From: Piromyces finnis finn
Lineage: Eukaryota > Fungi > Neocallimastigomycota
Reading direction: 5' to 3'
DNA length: 23,040 nucleotides
NCBI GenBank assembly: GCA_002104945.1
Contig: MCFH01000156.1
Location: 1-23,040 of the forward strand
Both the position numbers and the translations under genes were made by a program. This document shows, piece after piece, positions 9,812-22,722 of the stretch (its first letter is position 1; each line of letters begins with the position of its first letter). The notes under the pieces were generated by a model. That model had not been told where the DNA came from and did no database searches. It saw only the letters and a program-made list of their open reading frames with translations.

Positions 9812-12500
9812 TTAAAATATATCTTCATTAGGGAAAAATATTTCTTTGAAATTTTTAAATATACCATAGTTATAGTGATTTTGAACATCTTCAAAACTAG
9901 ATATTGTAGTATAACGATAACCATTCTTTATCATACCATCATAGTATTCATCCATATCTAATGCAGATGATTTATTCTTTTTTTCTTCTTCATTCATATT
10001 GCTTTTTTCATTAGATGTGTTTCCTTTTCTATTTCTTATTCCATCTTTTTTTTCTTCTTGTTGCTGTTGTATTTTTTTACCTTCTTCTGTGATTTGATCA
10101 CCAACATATGTTTTTGTAATAAAGGTTTCTCCATTGTCTAAACGTCCTTCTAGTCTTCCCCATTTGGCTAATTCATTAGCTAATATAACAATAATATGAA
10201 ATAATATTAGTAAACATAATAAAAGAAATATGTTTGAAAGAATATATATATTCTATTCATTAAATTTTATACTTTAATAGTTAATCATGAAAAATCTTAC
10301 TTGTCATTCCTGCAACAATAGAAAGATATGATTGATAGCCAGCAAAACCAATGACCACAAAGGCAGAAGCGCCTAAAAATAAAATAAAGCACAAAGAATT
10401 GGCTCTTCATTAATCATAATCTATATTATTAAAACATTTTTTTATTCTTAGTGTTAATTATAAATTTAATAAAAATATTAAAGTACTATTATTTAAATAT
10501 TTACCAAGAATAATTGCTTAAGATGAATTTCTTCATATTGATGAGTATAACATGAATGCATAACCATTATCTATTCCCATAACGTGGGCTTTATCTTTCA
10601 TAATATAAAAGGAAAGGTAACAACCATAGAAACTAATTATAATATTCGAAATAAGGAAAGTAAGGAACCATCTAAAATTTAAATATCCAACTAATATAAA
10701 TATGGAAAGGATTTTAAGTTAATTTGTGATAATAATTATATAAAAAATGAATAATTATTATAATGAAGTTTAAGATATTGTCTATTTACCACAATTATTA
10801 ATCCATGAACAGTGATGACTTTCATTTTCATTTATTTTATATTTATATAATAAAATGGAATATTTATTACTTTTAATTCAACTTTTTTTATAAAATAATT
10901 CATAAGAAAATATATTAATTACTCGATTTAGCTACACAATGTCCACAAGTACTGCAATGTTTTGATCTTGCTGGTCTAATAATATGAATATTTTTTTATA
11001 AAAATAAATATTAAACTTAAACTGATAAAAATATTTTATTTATATATAAAATTTTCTTTCTCATTACTTATTAAATTGGCACGTTTTACATGTTCTTTCA
11101 GAATACAAAATGTGGTCATATTTGAAATGTTTACAAATTTTGTCAACATTTTCTTTTGTAATAAAACCTGGATCCGATACACAAGCAATATAGAATGAAA
11201 CATAAATAAATCCATAACAACAGGCATAATAAAGCTATTCCCCAAAAAATTTGATAGAATAATATATATAAATTAATAATACTTTTGAATTTTATCTTTG
11301 ATATTCGATATGAATATATATTATTTAATGTTAATATAAGATATATTACAATGAATTGGGCCTAAATATCTATTTGGAAGACGACTAAGAGCTGTATAGA
11401 AAAGAGAACGATACCTCCTGAGGAAATTGATAAATAAAACAACTATTATTTTATTTTTTTTTATTAATTATTAGTAATATTATTATTTTAAAATGGAATT
11501 AATGAATATATTTAATATATGATTAAATTTAAAAATGAGTTTTTAATTTAAAGATAACATTATAAATTAAAAAAAAAAAAAATTATAAATAAATAAATGA
11601 TTTTATGTTTTATATTATATTAAAAGATTTGTTAATTAAATATTATCAATAATATTTAAAATTGCATATAAAATTTCATACTTGGATAAATCTATGTCTA
11701 AAACCATATATGGCTTTGAAAATTTGTTTTCTGTATAAATTCTTTTCCAAGATATATTTATATAATTGTCTTTAAATAGAAATTATTGAAATTAGTTACT
11801 ATTCATTTAAATATTGGAAATAAAATATATAATATGTATTTTTCTTAAATTTTTCAATAAAATATATACAAGAGATATTGACGAGCGCCAATAGTTAAGA
11901 ACCAATGTATTTTTTCAATTATTGTTCCTTTGAACATCTAGCAATAATGAAATTATAATAAAATGTAAATGATATACGTATGTGAATATAAACAATTTTA
12001 AATTTTAATATTTAATTAAAAAAAAAAAAAAAAAAAAAAAAAGGAATTTCTTAATTAATCATTATGAAATTAAAAACATTGTATAGAAATATAGAAAAAA
12101 TATAAAATGGAGAATTTAAGACTTAAAATTATAATGATTGAATTATAGGTGCCATAAAATATTACTCATTTGGTCCAAATAACATAATAAATATGAAGCT
12201 GCATATATAAAAAACGTATATACCAAGTATATAGAGTACAGACTATATGACAGTTCAGTTTAAAAATTGTATTAAAGATATTTAAGTAGAAAATAAAAAT
12301 AAATGAGTTAATATTAAAATGCAATTTTATGATTTTTGAATGAAACTTTATTAAACGATTTTTTAAATAAATAAATAAATGATAAAATAATAATAAAATA
12401 AAAGGATTTGTCGAATTTGTATATAACATAACATATTGATAAACTGTTTTAACAATTGATTTTTTTTAAATTTCATAATGTATAATATTTTATTTACCAT
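9812..12500 (-). CDS. SWF1: DHHC palmitoyltransferase, Swf1/ZDHHC4 subfamily; about ten exons, several single-base frameshifts
   Basis: Spliced minus-strand exons: ATG|GTAAAT at 12500; SVLYILG...FIFIMLFGPN; FKGTIIEKIHWFLT; YLSISSGG...LPNRYLGPIH; ACVSDPGFITKENV...KYDHILYSERTCKTCQ; KPARSKHCSTCGHCVAK(F)D; HHCSWINNC; VGYLNFRWF; YQSYLSIVAGMT|TNELAKW (TTxE motif); NHYNYGIFKNFKEIFFP, stop at 9814-9812. Confidence 0.9.
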
Positions 12501-13596
12501 CTTTGATGAAGTTTTATTAAATATATGATTTTATATTTTTATTTTATTTATTATTATATTAATAACGTTTATAATTCATATTAATTTCATTTATGAAATT
12601 TTGAATTTAGAATAATTTAATTGAATGTTTTTTATTTTTATTTTAATTTTTTTTTAAAAAAAAAATTAAAAACTGTATTAATTTTTAAATTTTTTATTGT
12701 GTAATGAAGTTAATTAAATAATTTTAAATATAGGAATATTAAATCAATATTGTTACATTATAAAATATATATTGCTTATTTTATAATAAATATAATGTTA
12801 TGAAAGGAGATTAGAACAATTGTTTATCATAACATTTTTCTATTTTCTATATAGTAATATAACGATAAAGGACTAAAATGTAATAATAGTATTATAAAAA
12901 ATGATTATAATCGAAGGTAATAATAAAGTGTGGTAAATTAAATCAACAAACTATAAAAATTATAATTAAAATAATAATAATAATAATTAAAAAAAAGAAA
13001 AAAAAAACTCGGAAATTTTTATTTTATGAAATTATATATATACTTTTCCATGAAATTAAATAAAGAATAAAATTTTTTAATAATATTAATATAAAATTAA
13101 AACAAAATTACTACGGGGTCCTTTGATATTCAATACAATAACATTTATTAAAAATATTTTTATTTTATTAAAGTATTAATATTAATTATCTTTAATTTTT
13201 ATTAAAATTTCTACTTTAGTATATTTTTATGGTTTTTAAAATATTACTAATTTATAATATAAATAAATTAATATTAAGGTATTGAAAAAAAAATATACTT
13301 TTTTTTTAAAGTTAGTATATAGTGCTTGAAGAAGTTAAAATAGTTATATATTAATATAAAGGTTCATATGTATAATTAAGTAGAACCAATTTACATTAGA
13401 AGAAGAATAATACAAAATAAATATTATAAATAAATATTAGTGTGGATTAAATGCTTTAAATTTTTATATACAATAAATAATTTTATAATTGGAAGATTCT
13501 ACTGAATTATATATTAAATATATAAATTTTATTAAACAATTACTAATGAAATTTATAAAATTAGCAAAGTTGTAAAAAAGAATATAAATATATAAA
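12501..13596. promoter_or_regulatory. Divergent intergenic region between the SWF1-like gene (minus) and the coiled-coil gene (plus)
   Basis: Head-to-head start codons at 12500 (-) and 13597 (+), ~1.1 kb apart. No specific binding sites can be assigned. Confidence 0.45.
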
Positions 13597-16500
13597 ATGT
13601 TGGCACAATCGTTAAATACAAATGCTCTAGATACATCTGCTTATTCTAATATATATAATCAACCATACCAAATGAAAGTGATTTTCAAGAACAATCTATA
13701 TATTGTACTAATGATAAGACAATTGACGAACTTATTACAGAATTAGGAATAAAATTGTGAATAATCCATCGAATTCTAAAGAGAGTAATACAGAAAATAC
13801 TTCTAATATAACAGAAAATGATATCCATCCTCATATACAAATGAGAATCATACCATGATCCAATATTAAAAAGTAATAAGAATCTAATAAAAGTAACACC
13901 GAAATTCTGAAGATTATTTAAAGCATGGACTCATTAAAACTATGGATGTTAAAAAAATGACTAATAATAGCAATCCTTTTCACTTGGAGGGTCATGAAGA
14001 ATCTCCATTAGAAAACAATATAATGATATGTCTTTAATAAATTTGACTTAATGAAGATGACAATATTGAAAATCTAAATTTAAATAATTCAAATTTACAT
14101 CCTTCAATTCACGAGTTCATGTTTTTACCACAAATGAAATGTGTGCTAATTCTAATTCTAGGCCTTCTTCGGCTGATAGCTCAAATTCAATTGGTCATGT
14201 CAAAACAATGATTAAGAACATATATGTCCGGAATGCCAGGAACAACTTTTAAAAATATATACACATTGCTTAGATCATAAGGAATACATTATCCTGCTTT
14301 AAATTCTTGTAATGAAAATAAATTAGGAAAATACCTAACTTGCCCCCCGTACTTTGAATATTATGATAAAAAAGCAAATCCATTTACTCAGGCTGAACTT
14401 AGAGTATGGGAAAAAGAGAAAGGCAAAAAGTCCGAAAAATAAAACTCAAGGACAAATTTATACACAAAATCAAGTAATAAATCAAGATTATGTTCAAGAG
14501 CAAAAACAGATTTCCCAGTAATGATTGTAACTATGAAAAATCAATATTAGGTATATCTAATTCATCTATTAATGCACCGGTATCATCAATTGCCAATCCT
14601 ATCCCTTCTTCTATTTCCTCTGTTAATATTTCAGTCATTCCTGAAAATAGTTTTACATCCACAGACACAACCACAGCCAATGTCTAATCAAAATCATAAT
14701 TTAAACTCAATAACAAAACCAACTACTCAGCATAATGGAAATATTCAACCCTCAACTTTTAACAGTTCAAATAATAGAAAATTAAAAAAATCATCAATAG
14801 ACGAAACGATTGATAAATATTCCAATACAATTTTAAAAGAAACTATAAAAGAGGGAAGAATATTAAAGTCAAAAAATCAACTCTATACCTTAGATTTACC
14901 AAATTGTCCGTATTATAATGATTCTGTTCATAGAGTTATTAGGGAAAAACGACAACGTGAGGATGAAAATGAAAAAATGGATAATGAGGGTGGATATCGG
15001 AATGGTATTTTGGGGAATTAGGTTTAAGCGGGTTTAAACATGGTGGTGTATTTTCAGGAGCATTAGCTAAATCGTATATAGCATTAAAAAAAAAAGAAAA
15101 TAATATGATTAAAGATCAATATTATGAATTAAAAAAAGGTTACAGAGATGAAATTATTACTTCGGGTTCTTTAGAAAGCGCTTTGAAAAAATCAATGAAA
15201 TATTATATCTTTGCAGAAGAATGGCAAGAATTGCAAAGTGAACGCTTAAAGGATTATATTAGACTTTTAAAAGTTGAGCTTTCTAGTCTTTTGGCATTTT
15301 TAATTAATTCAGAATCAAAACTATCAAAGGTAATAATAATATATAATAATATATTATTCTCAATATTGTAATAGCTTAGAAATTTAATTAAAAATATTTA
15401 TTACTATTTTTTATTTATAATGATGATTTAGACAACCTATATTTTGGAAAGTGAAAAAGAAAAGCAAGAGAAAGAGATTCTCAAATTATTCAATTACAAA
15501 ATGAACTTATTTCAGTAAAAGAAAAACTTAAGAACACTTATAAAGAATGTTTAGATTTAAATGCAACAATTTGTTATTTTACAAGATGAAGCAAAAAATG
15601 GTACAAAAATTTTACAAGAAAAGAATGATATTTTAAGAAATTCAATGAAAAAAATATCAAAAAACTACACGATTTGTGAAAATATTTTAAAAACAAAAGT
15701 AAATGCAATCAAAGACTTGGAATTTGAATTAAGTCAATTAGTAATTCAATGTAATGAACAAAGTAAAGATATTATTTATTGGAAGAAAGCTAAGTATGAG
15801 TCAGATGGGAAAATTATTTCTGTAAAAAACGATCTAGAAATTTTCAGGATAAATATAATAAAGAATTAGAAAGATACAGTCAACTAAAAAGACAAAAAGG
15901 AATCTCTTGAAACTTCTTTATTAAGAGAACAAAAACAACATCAAAGTGATAATGAAATTAATGAAAAAGAAATTTCTGATCTTAGAACAGAATTATTAGA
16001 TAAAAAAAATAATATTAAAGTATTGTGATTGAAAGAGATAGAGAACGTTTAGATCTTCAAAGAATAACATCGGAAAAAAATAATTAGATGAAACTTTAAT
16101 TGCACAACGTGAAAAATATACTAAAGAGATTAAGGCATATATGACTGAAATTAAAAAATACAAAGAAAAATAGAAGATGATCGTGAAGCTATAAAAAATT
16201 TCAGTGAAAAAATTACCAAATTAGAGAATCAAGCTGCTATTTTAGTGGCTCAACATGCTAAAGATATTGTTAACAATGCTAAAATGAGTATTGATTATAC
16301 TACTATAAAAAAAATGAATTCTGATTTGAAGAAGTCTTTCAATGATTATATACGTAAAAATAATCAAGGAAAAGCAGCAGAAGTAAAAGAAAAAAAACAG
16401 TTATTAGAAATAATCAAATATTGAAAGAAAAAAATATAAAAAAACAGAAGAATATAATCTTCTTAATTAAAAAATAGTGAAAATAGTGAACAAATTAAAA

Positions 16501-17307
16501 ATATGAAGGAAAAATATGAGAAAATTATTGAAGAAAAGGAACATATTTTTGAAGAGAAAGAAATTCAAATTCAAAAAGAAAAGCAAAAGATTGAAGAAAT
16601 TATTGAAAAGGAAGTTCAGGAGCAACTTCAGAATAGTAATAATGAAATTTATCCAGAAGATTATGAGGAAATCAAGGAGCAAAATATTAATTTAGAAAAT
16701 ACAATAAAACAAAAGGAACAAGAAATAGAAAATTATGAATCTCAAATTAAGATACTTGAGAGTGAGAAAGACGATTCACAAGAAAATATAATTCTTTAAA
16801 TATGAAAATTTAATGATGTATTAGGAGAACTAACTAAACTAAAGGATGAGCATGATGCTTATGTTAAGGAAAAACATGATGAAATATTAAAATATACCAA
16901 AAAATAAATGAATTAGAAGAAAACACTGAATTTTATAAGAATGACTATGTTAAAAAGGTGAAAGAAAACGATTGGGTTAATTAAAACTTAAAGTTCACTA
17001 AAGATATTATAACTCAGGAAGTATTGATTAAAGAGAACATGAAGTCACGTTATCTTGAAATGGATGAATTATTAAGAGAGAAAGGTTAGAAAATATTGAA
17101 AATAATACTATTAAAAGAAGGTCAAATCGTATTTATGATGATGTTAAATATGGATATGTGCAAAAAATGGAAGAAAGAAACAAACGTTTAGAATACATTA
17201 CTAATTATCTTAGTAAGGAAAAAGAACGCCTTGTTTCTATTATAAATTTCTTACCTGAATCTCTTCGACAAGAACAAAAAGATACAAAAAGAAACTTAAA
17301 AAGTTAA
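13597..17307 (+). CDS. Large protein of unknown function: Ser/Asn-rich N-terminal half and long E/K/Q coiled-coil C-terminal half (~1,200 aa); one clear intron, many frameshifts
   Basis: Coding-like composition runs continuously from ATG 13597 (MLAQSLNTNALD...) through ORF fragments 14572-15021, 15105-15329, 15561-15869 and 16503-16799 to ...RQEQKDTKRNLKS-TAA at 17305-17307. A phase-0 intron 15330..15431 (AAG|GTAATA...TTTAG|ACA) joins LSK to TTYILESEKEKQE. No family recognised. Confidence 0.7.
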
Positions 17308-17727
17308 TGAAATCAACTTAACAAATATAATAAATTTACTGATTTTCAATATATATATTTTAATATTAACTATTATTTAATAATAAAAAAAATAAGTAAT
17401 AAAAAAAAAAAAAAAAACTATCATATATAGTAAAATTTAAACATTTATATTTTAACATATTTAATAGGTGTATCTATTATATTATAAATAATTGTAAAAA
17501 TTAATAATTGAAATATAAAATAATAAAATTTAAAAATCTTACTGGAATTATTAATATTTTTACTACTATATAAAAATTTATTATATAATAAAATTTTTTG
17601 ATTTATTTAAAATTTTTTTTATATATTTTTTATTTTTTTTTTTTTTTTTTTCATATTTTTAAATATATTTATCATTTTGTATAGATAAGCTATATATAGT
17701 TATTTTATAAAATAGCAATATATCAAG

Positions 17728-19604
17728 ATGATAGAAGCAGATGTTAATGAATTTAAAACAATAAAGCATATATTTGATCCAAAATGCGAACATGATGGAG
17801 GATTCAATAAATCTAATGATGCAGATTGGTGCTATAGATGGGATTCGACTTTTATTGAAATAAGAGATCTTCGTTCCTCAGAAGTTATGGCTTTTTTACC
17901 AATTGAAAATTTACAAAATTATCATCAAAATGTAAAGTGATGTAAAAATATTAATAATCAATTAATATATATAATAGCTATATTACGAAGCTTTAATAAA
18001 TTATTTATATGTTGAATAAACCACCAAAGAAATATTACAATAAACTTAAAATGAATTCAAAAGCAATTTTTTAAAAAGCATTGAATATTATTTATATAAT
18101 TTAAAATATAATACACTTAAATTTAAAAAATAGTATTTTCAAAATAAAGAAGAAATCTCATAATAATATATTTTTTACTTTTAATATGAACAACAACGAT
18201 AACAATAAAAAGAAAAGGAAATTGAATGAAATAATCAATTTACATTTTAAATTAGTTAATAATATATTGTAATAAGTAATGCTAATGTTATTTTTTTTTC
18301 TTTTGTTAAATACTTATTTATATATAAATGTAATATAATTCCTTTTTGGATAAATCATAATGGAACTACAAACAGAAATCATTTACTCAAGTTACCGTCG
18401 TTTTATCAGGAAATAAATATCTTTTAGTTGTATGTGTGGAAGATAATAATCAAAATTCAAGAATATTTTATTTTTGATCCATTAATAAAAATCACAGTTA
18501 AGTTGGAAATACATTTAATGCTAAAATCCACTAAACTCAAAGTTTCGGACTCTTTTGATATTGGTAATTAACTATATTTAATATCGAATAAAGCTTTAAA
18601 ATAATGAAAATTTAAAAGAAATGATTTAAAAAATCTTTAAAATTAAAATCATTATACTTGTATTTTTAATTAAATATAGAATGGTATTGAAAGCTCAGAT
18701 ATTATGTACCATTTTATTATTATGAGTACATCTTCAAATGAAATTGTTTCAGATTTATTACAAATTCCAAGAAGAATTAGAAGCAATTCAATTATTTTAG
18801 AAAAGGTATTTTTATCATATAGAAAAAAAGTCAAGCAAATGAAATTTAATTAATTCAAAATTATATAAAATTAATAGAATTCTTGGTCTTTCTATAAAAT
18901 TGATGAAGAAAATGGAAATGTAATATTAAAAAAAAAAAAATTAAAATTAAAATTTAAATAAATTTCAATATAATTTTATTAAAATATTTTGTTTAATTAA
19001 ATAAAGATTTCTGCATTAGAAACTTGCATTGAAGAAATCATCCAATTTTATTTGCTGGATTTACTCAAGGAAAAATCATTTCTTACTATCTTGTTGTTGA
19101 TAATGAATTAAATACATCATTAGAAATGAATAAAGAATATTCTACATCTGATATTTTATGTAAGTTGATATTATTAATGTTACATATAAAAATATAAATT
19201 TATTAATATATATTTTTTTTGTATTTTAATTTATATATTAAAGCCTCAGTTTGTTCAATTATATATAAAAATAAGAAACTTTTTGTTGCTAGTGGTTCTT
19301 ATACAGAATTTGATTATTCTAGAAAGTAATTTTTTTTTTATTATTTTTATATTATTAAAGAAAAGAAAGATTTCTAATATATAAAAAATTCACACACATA
19401 TATATATGTGACAACATTATGAAATAAAAGTATTTATGTAAGTGTTTTAAATTTAACGGATGAAACTATTTCAAGTATTGATTTTCCAAACACACCAGGG
19501 AAGATTGAAAGTGTTTCATTATCATCAAGTAAGTATGATTATGAATAAATATATAAAAATATTTGATCATCATATTTAGTAAATCATTACCTAATTTTAT
19601 TTTA

Positions 19605-19635
<31 letters not shown>

Positions 19636-22623
19636 TCATTATGTAAAAGATGAATTATTTTTATATATTGTTTATATTCATAATCAAAAACTGTATTAAA
19701 GGTTATATCTATAGAAATTATGAGAGAAGTTTCTGAAATTGATATTACTCAAACATACTTTACACCAGCAACAACTGCTGTATCATTTAAGATCTTGGTA
19801 ATTAATGTTTAAAATTATGAATTATAAATAAAGAAACAAACATGTTAATTTTGTATTTACCTTTATATGTATTTATATTTAAATAGGATATAATTCATAT
19901 TCTAATGGAATCTGCTGTGATGTATTATATTAACTAAATATATTGGTTATACAGATGATGAATATTCTCAAACTGCTAGTTTAAAAGTAAAGATAATATA
20001 AAGTTAATAAATTGTTTTAAATAATTTAAAAATAAGAATTTTAGTAAATAAAATTGAAACATAAAAATGAATAATAAATAATAATATAATATTAAAAAAT
20101 AGATACCAAGGGCAAATATACCACAAGAATTAAGAGAAGCTCCATCCTTATATACTGAAGAACAAAAAAATTCAATTAATATTGTAAGAGAAAAAATGCA
20201 TGATTCTAAATTATTTATTGAATTATTATTAGAAACAATGGATATAGGTAAATTTATATTTAAATGTATCTAAAAATGATAATATTAATATCCTAATATA
20301 ACTAATTTTTTATATATAAACGTAGATGTAAGATATCCATTTAATACTTATGATGATTTAAAAGAAGTTCAAAATCAATTATTTAAAAATGATACATATC
20401 ATATTACTGGCCATTGCATTGTATGCACTAATATTTAACAACTATTACAAATTATCTTATAATATTAATGTTAATATTTTTTTTAAACTGTAGATATACT
20501 ATGTATTAAAAGATTTAAATTGCAATTATGAAGAATATGCTCAACAATGGTCTATTTTGCCACAGTATTTAATTGCTATCAATGGTTACTGGGCTTTAGA
20601 TCATCAAAACATAAAAGTATGTTTATGCTTTTATTATTAATAAAAAAATCATGTATGAACTTATTTTTTTTTTTCTAAATACTCTATTATTTCAAATATA
20701 TATACAGGAAGCATTTAATTATTTATGGAATCCATTAATTGAAATTGATTGGCCAGAAAAAATTATTCAACTCTTATTTGATCAAAAGTATTATAACGAA
20801 GCATGTCGTTTTATTCAAATCACTAAAACATCAATAACTTCCGATATTGGTATTGAGCTTCAAATGAAACTTTATTTAAAGACAAATATTTTAGATGCTT
20901 TCTTATTCCAAGTAATTTATTATATATATTTTTTATATCTTATAAATTATTTAGTTATATAATAAAACCATTAATGTTTAATGTTTTTCATTAAAAAATA
21001 ATTATTTATAGAGAAGATATAATTATTTCAAGAATAAAGAAGGATCTAATTTATTTACATTCTTTTTAAAATATTGTTTTGAAGAAGGTTGGTGTCATTA
21101 TCCTTATATATATATATTATCAATAATTATTATTTATTATTTATTATATTATATATTTATGATTATAAATATTTAATATCATATTAATTTTTATAATTAT
21201 AAAACCTATTCTGAATTAAAATTCTAGAAATACCAAATAGTTCTTTAATAAATAAGATTCGTAAATTTCCATATAATAAAGAAGAAGAGGCACAATTAGT
21301 AAGATATACAAAGGAATCAAATAAAAAGTTATGTAGAGACTTTTTATTAATGTATTACATATATCATGGTAAATATATTGAAGCTATAAAGCTCTATGAA
21401 GAAAATAAAGCATCTGGAATTTTCATTAATGATACTCACCAAGAAGAAAGAGAAGCTCTTATTCAAAATTTAAAACTTTTGTTACCAAAGGTCCAACGTA
21501 CTATGTTAGAAATTGAAAAAGAAGAGAAATTGAATAATTCATTAAATGATGATGCAATGGATATTGATAATAATAATAGTGATGTTCCAATTCCTACTGA
21601 GAAAGGTAGTATAATAAAATAAATAAACAAAAATAAAAGTTTAATAATTTTTAATTATTTAATTAATTTTTATTTTTGAAAAAACTATTATTGAATTTTG
21701 TTAAATTTGTATAAATTATTATAATTTACTTATAAAAAGAAAATCCAGTACCACTTTCTGCATCAAGTTTAATTCATGATGCAAGCGAATATGATGAAAA
21801 ATTATTATTAAAGGCATTAAAGAGTCAAATGTTATCAGGTTCAACTAAAAGTTCTCAATCAGGTCCATTCATTTTACCGCCATCAATTTCAGAAACAAAT
21901 TTAATTATGTATGTCTTCATAATTTTTATTCATTCAATTTTTTATTTTTTTTATTTTATTTATTTGTGGATAAATATATATATTTATTTTATTTTATGAA
22001 ATAATTATTTAATTTTTTATATTTATATATATATATAATTTTAGTGATGAAATCGATGAGAGCGTAGCTAATTCTGAAATTAATCAACCAAATTACACAA
22101 ACTCAGTATTAAATAATTTATCACCATTTTCTTTAAAACAAAATAAAGAAATTAAAGGTATTTTATTTATTAGTTTATAATTTTTATATTATTATTATAT
22201 TTTACTAAAATAGATTGTTATTATATATTTGTTATTAGAAAATTTAAAACAAATACCTTTAATATCAAAACAAGCTAATGAAAACACCCAGAGTTCAAAG
22301 ATGTATTCTAATGCATTAAAGAGATCATGGATGATGAAGATTTTGAAATGAATTTAAACAATGAATCAATAGATGATGCCCCAATGGAAATTAAAAAGAT
22401 AGATGACTATGATGGCAGAATCAAAAAATATTATGCCTCATCTGAAGTTAATAAATCAAAGACATCAAGCCATATCAATGAAAGTAGTCATATAGAGGCC
22501 TCAAATGCAGAAGAAGTTATTGAATCAAAAAATTCTAAATCTATTGGTACCAATGATAACACTTCCCTTTTCTCATCATCAACACAAAAATCATCTCGCA
22601 AAACTTTAAAAATATCCAATTAA
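17728..22623 (+). CDS. ELYS: ELYS/Mel-28/Ely5-like nucleoporin (beta-rich N-terminal region, ELYS helical domain, disordered tail); ~18 exons; 3' end may extend beyond 22623
   Basis: Spliced exons at ~20490-21460 give YYVLKDL...EEYAQQWSILPQYLIAINGYWALDH|EAFNYL...PEKIIQLL...DAFLFQ|RR...FLKYCFE|...FPYNKEEEAQLV...FLLMYYIYHGKYIEAI, the characteristic ELYS-domain motif series. Upstream and downstream exons are bounded by GT-AG AT-rich introns. Exon boundaries outside the domain are approximate. Confidence 0.85.
19603..19626. repeat. (TA)12 microsatellite in an ELYS intron
   Basis: Uninterrupted tatata... run of 24 bp. Confidence 0.9.
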
Positions 22624-22678
22624 ACAGTAATAATTTAATTAGATTAAGTAGTTTTTATATTTTTGGAAATGAAAAATT

Positions 22679-22722
22679 AAATAATTCCTAAAAACTATAA
22701 TTATAGTTTTTAGGAATTATTT
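22679..22722. repeat. Perfect 44 bp palindrome without spacer
   Basis: aaataattcctaaaaactataa|ttatagtttttaggaattattt; it extends to 22673..22728 with one mismatch. Confidence 0.97.

Noticed and set aside
9716-9961. Plus-strand 81 aa ORF, and likewise 16467..16682 (-)
   Set aside because: Antisense shadows of the SWF1 last exon and of the Glu/Lys-rich coiled-coil exon.
12018-12042. 25 nt poly-A tract as a retroposon tail
   Set aside because: It lies in a SWF1 intron as a sense-strand poly-T run, with no upstream element body or target duplication; such runs are common in this window.
11036-12429. ORFs 11036..11245 and 12166..12429 as independent proteins
   Set aside because: They overlap true SWF1 exons but are largely in the wrong frame or run through introns.
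12794-12836. Small hairpin atgttatga...tcataacat
   Set aside because: Only a 9 bp AT-rich stem with no snoRNA boxes or other RNA signature; plausible by chance.
13597-17307. Endogenous viral or horizontally acquired origin of the intron-poor coiled-coil gene
   Set aside because: It has a canonical GT-AG intron and host-like composition, with no viral hallmark motifs or element boundaries.
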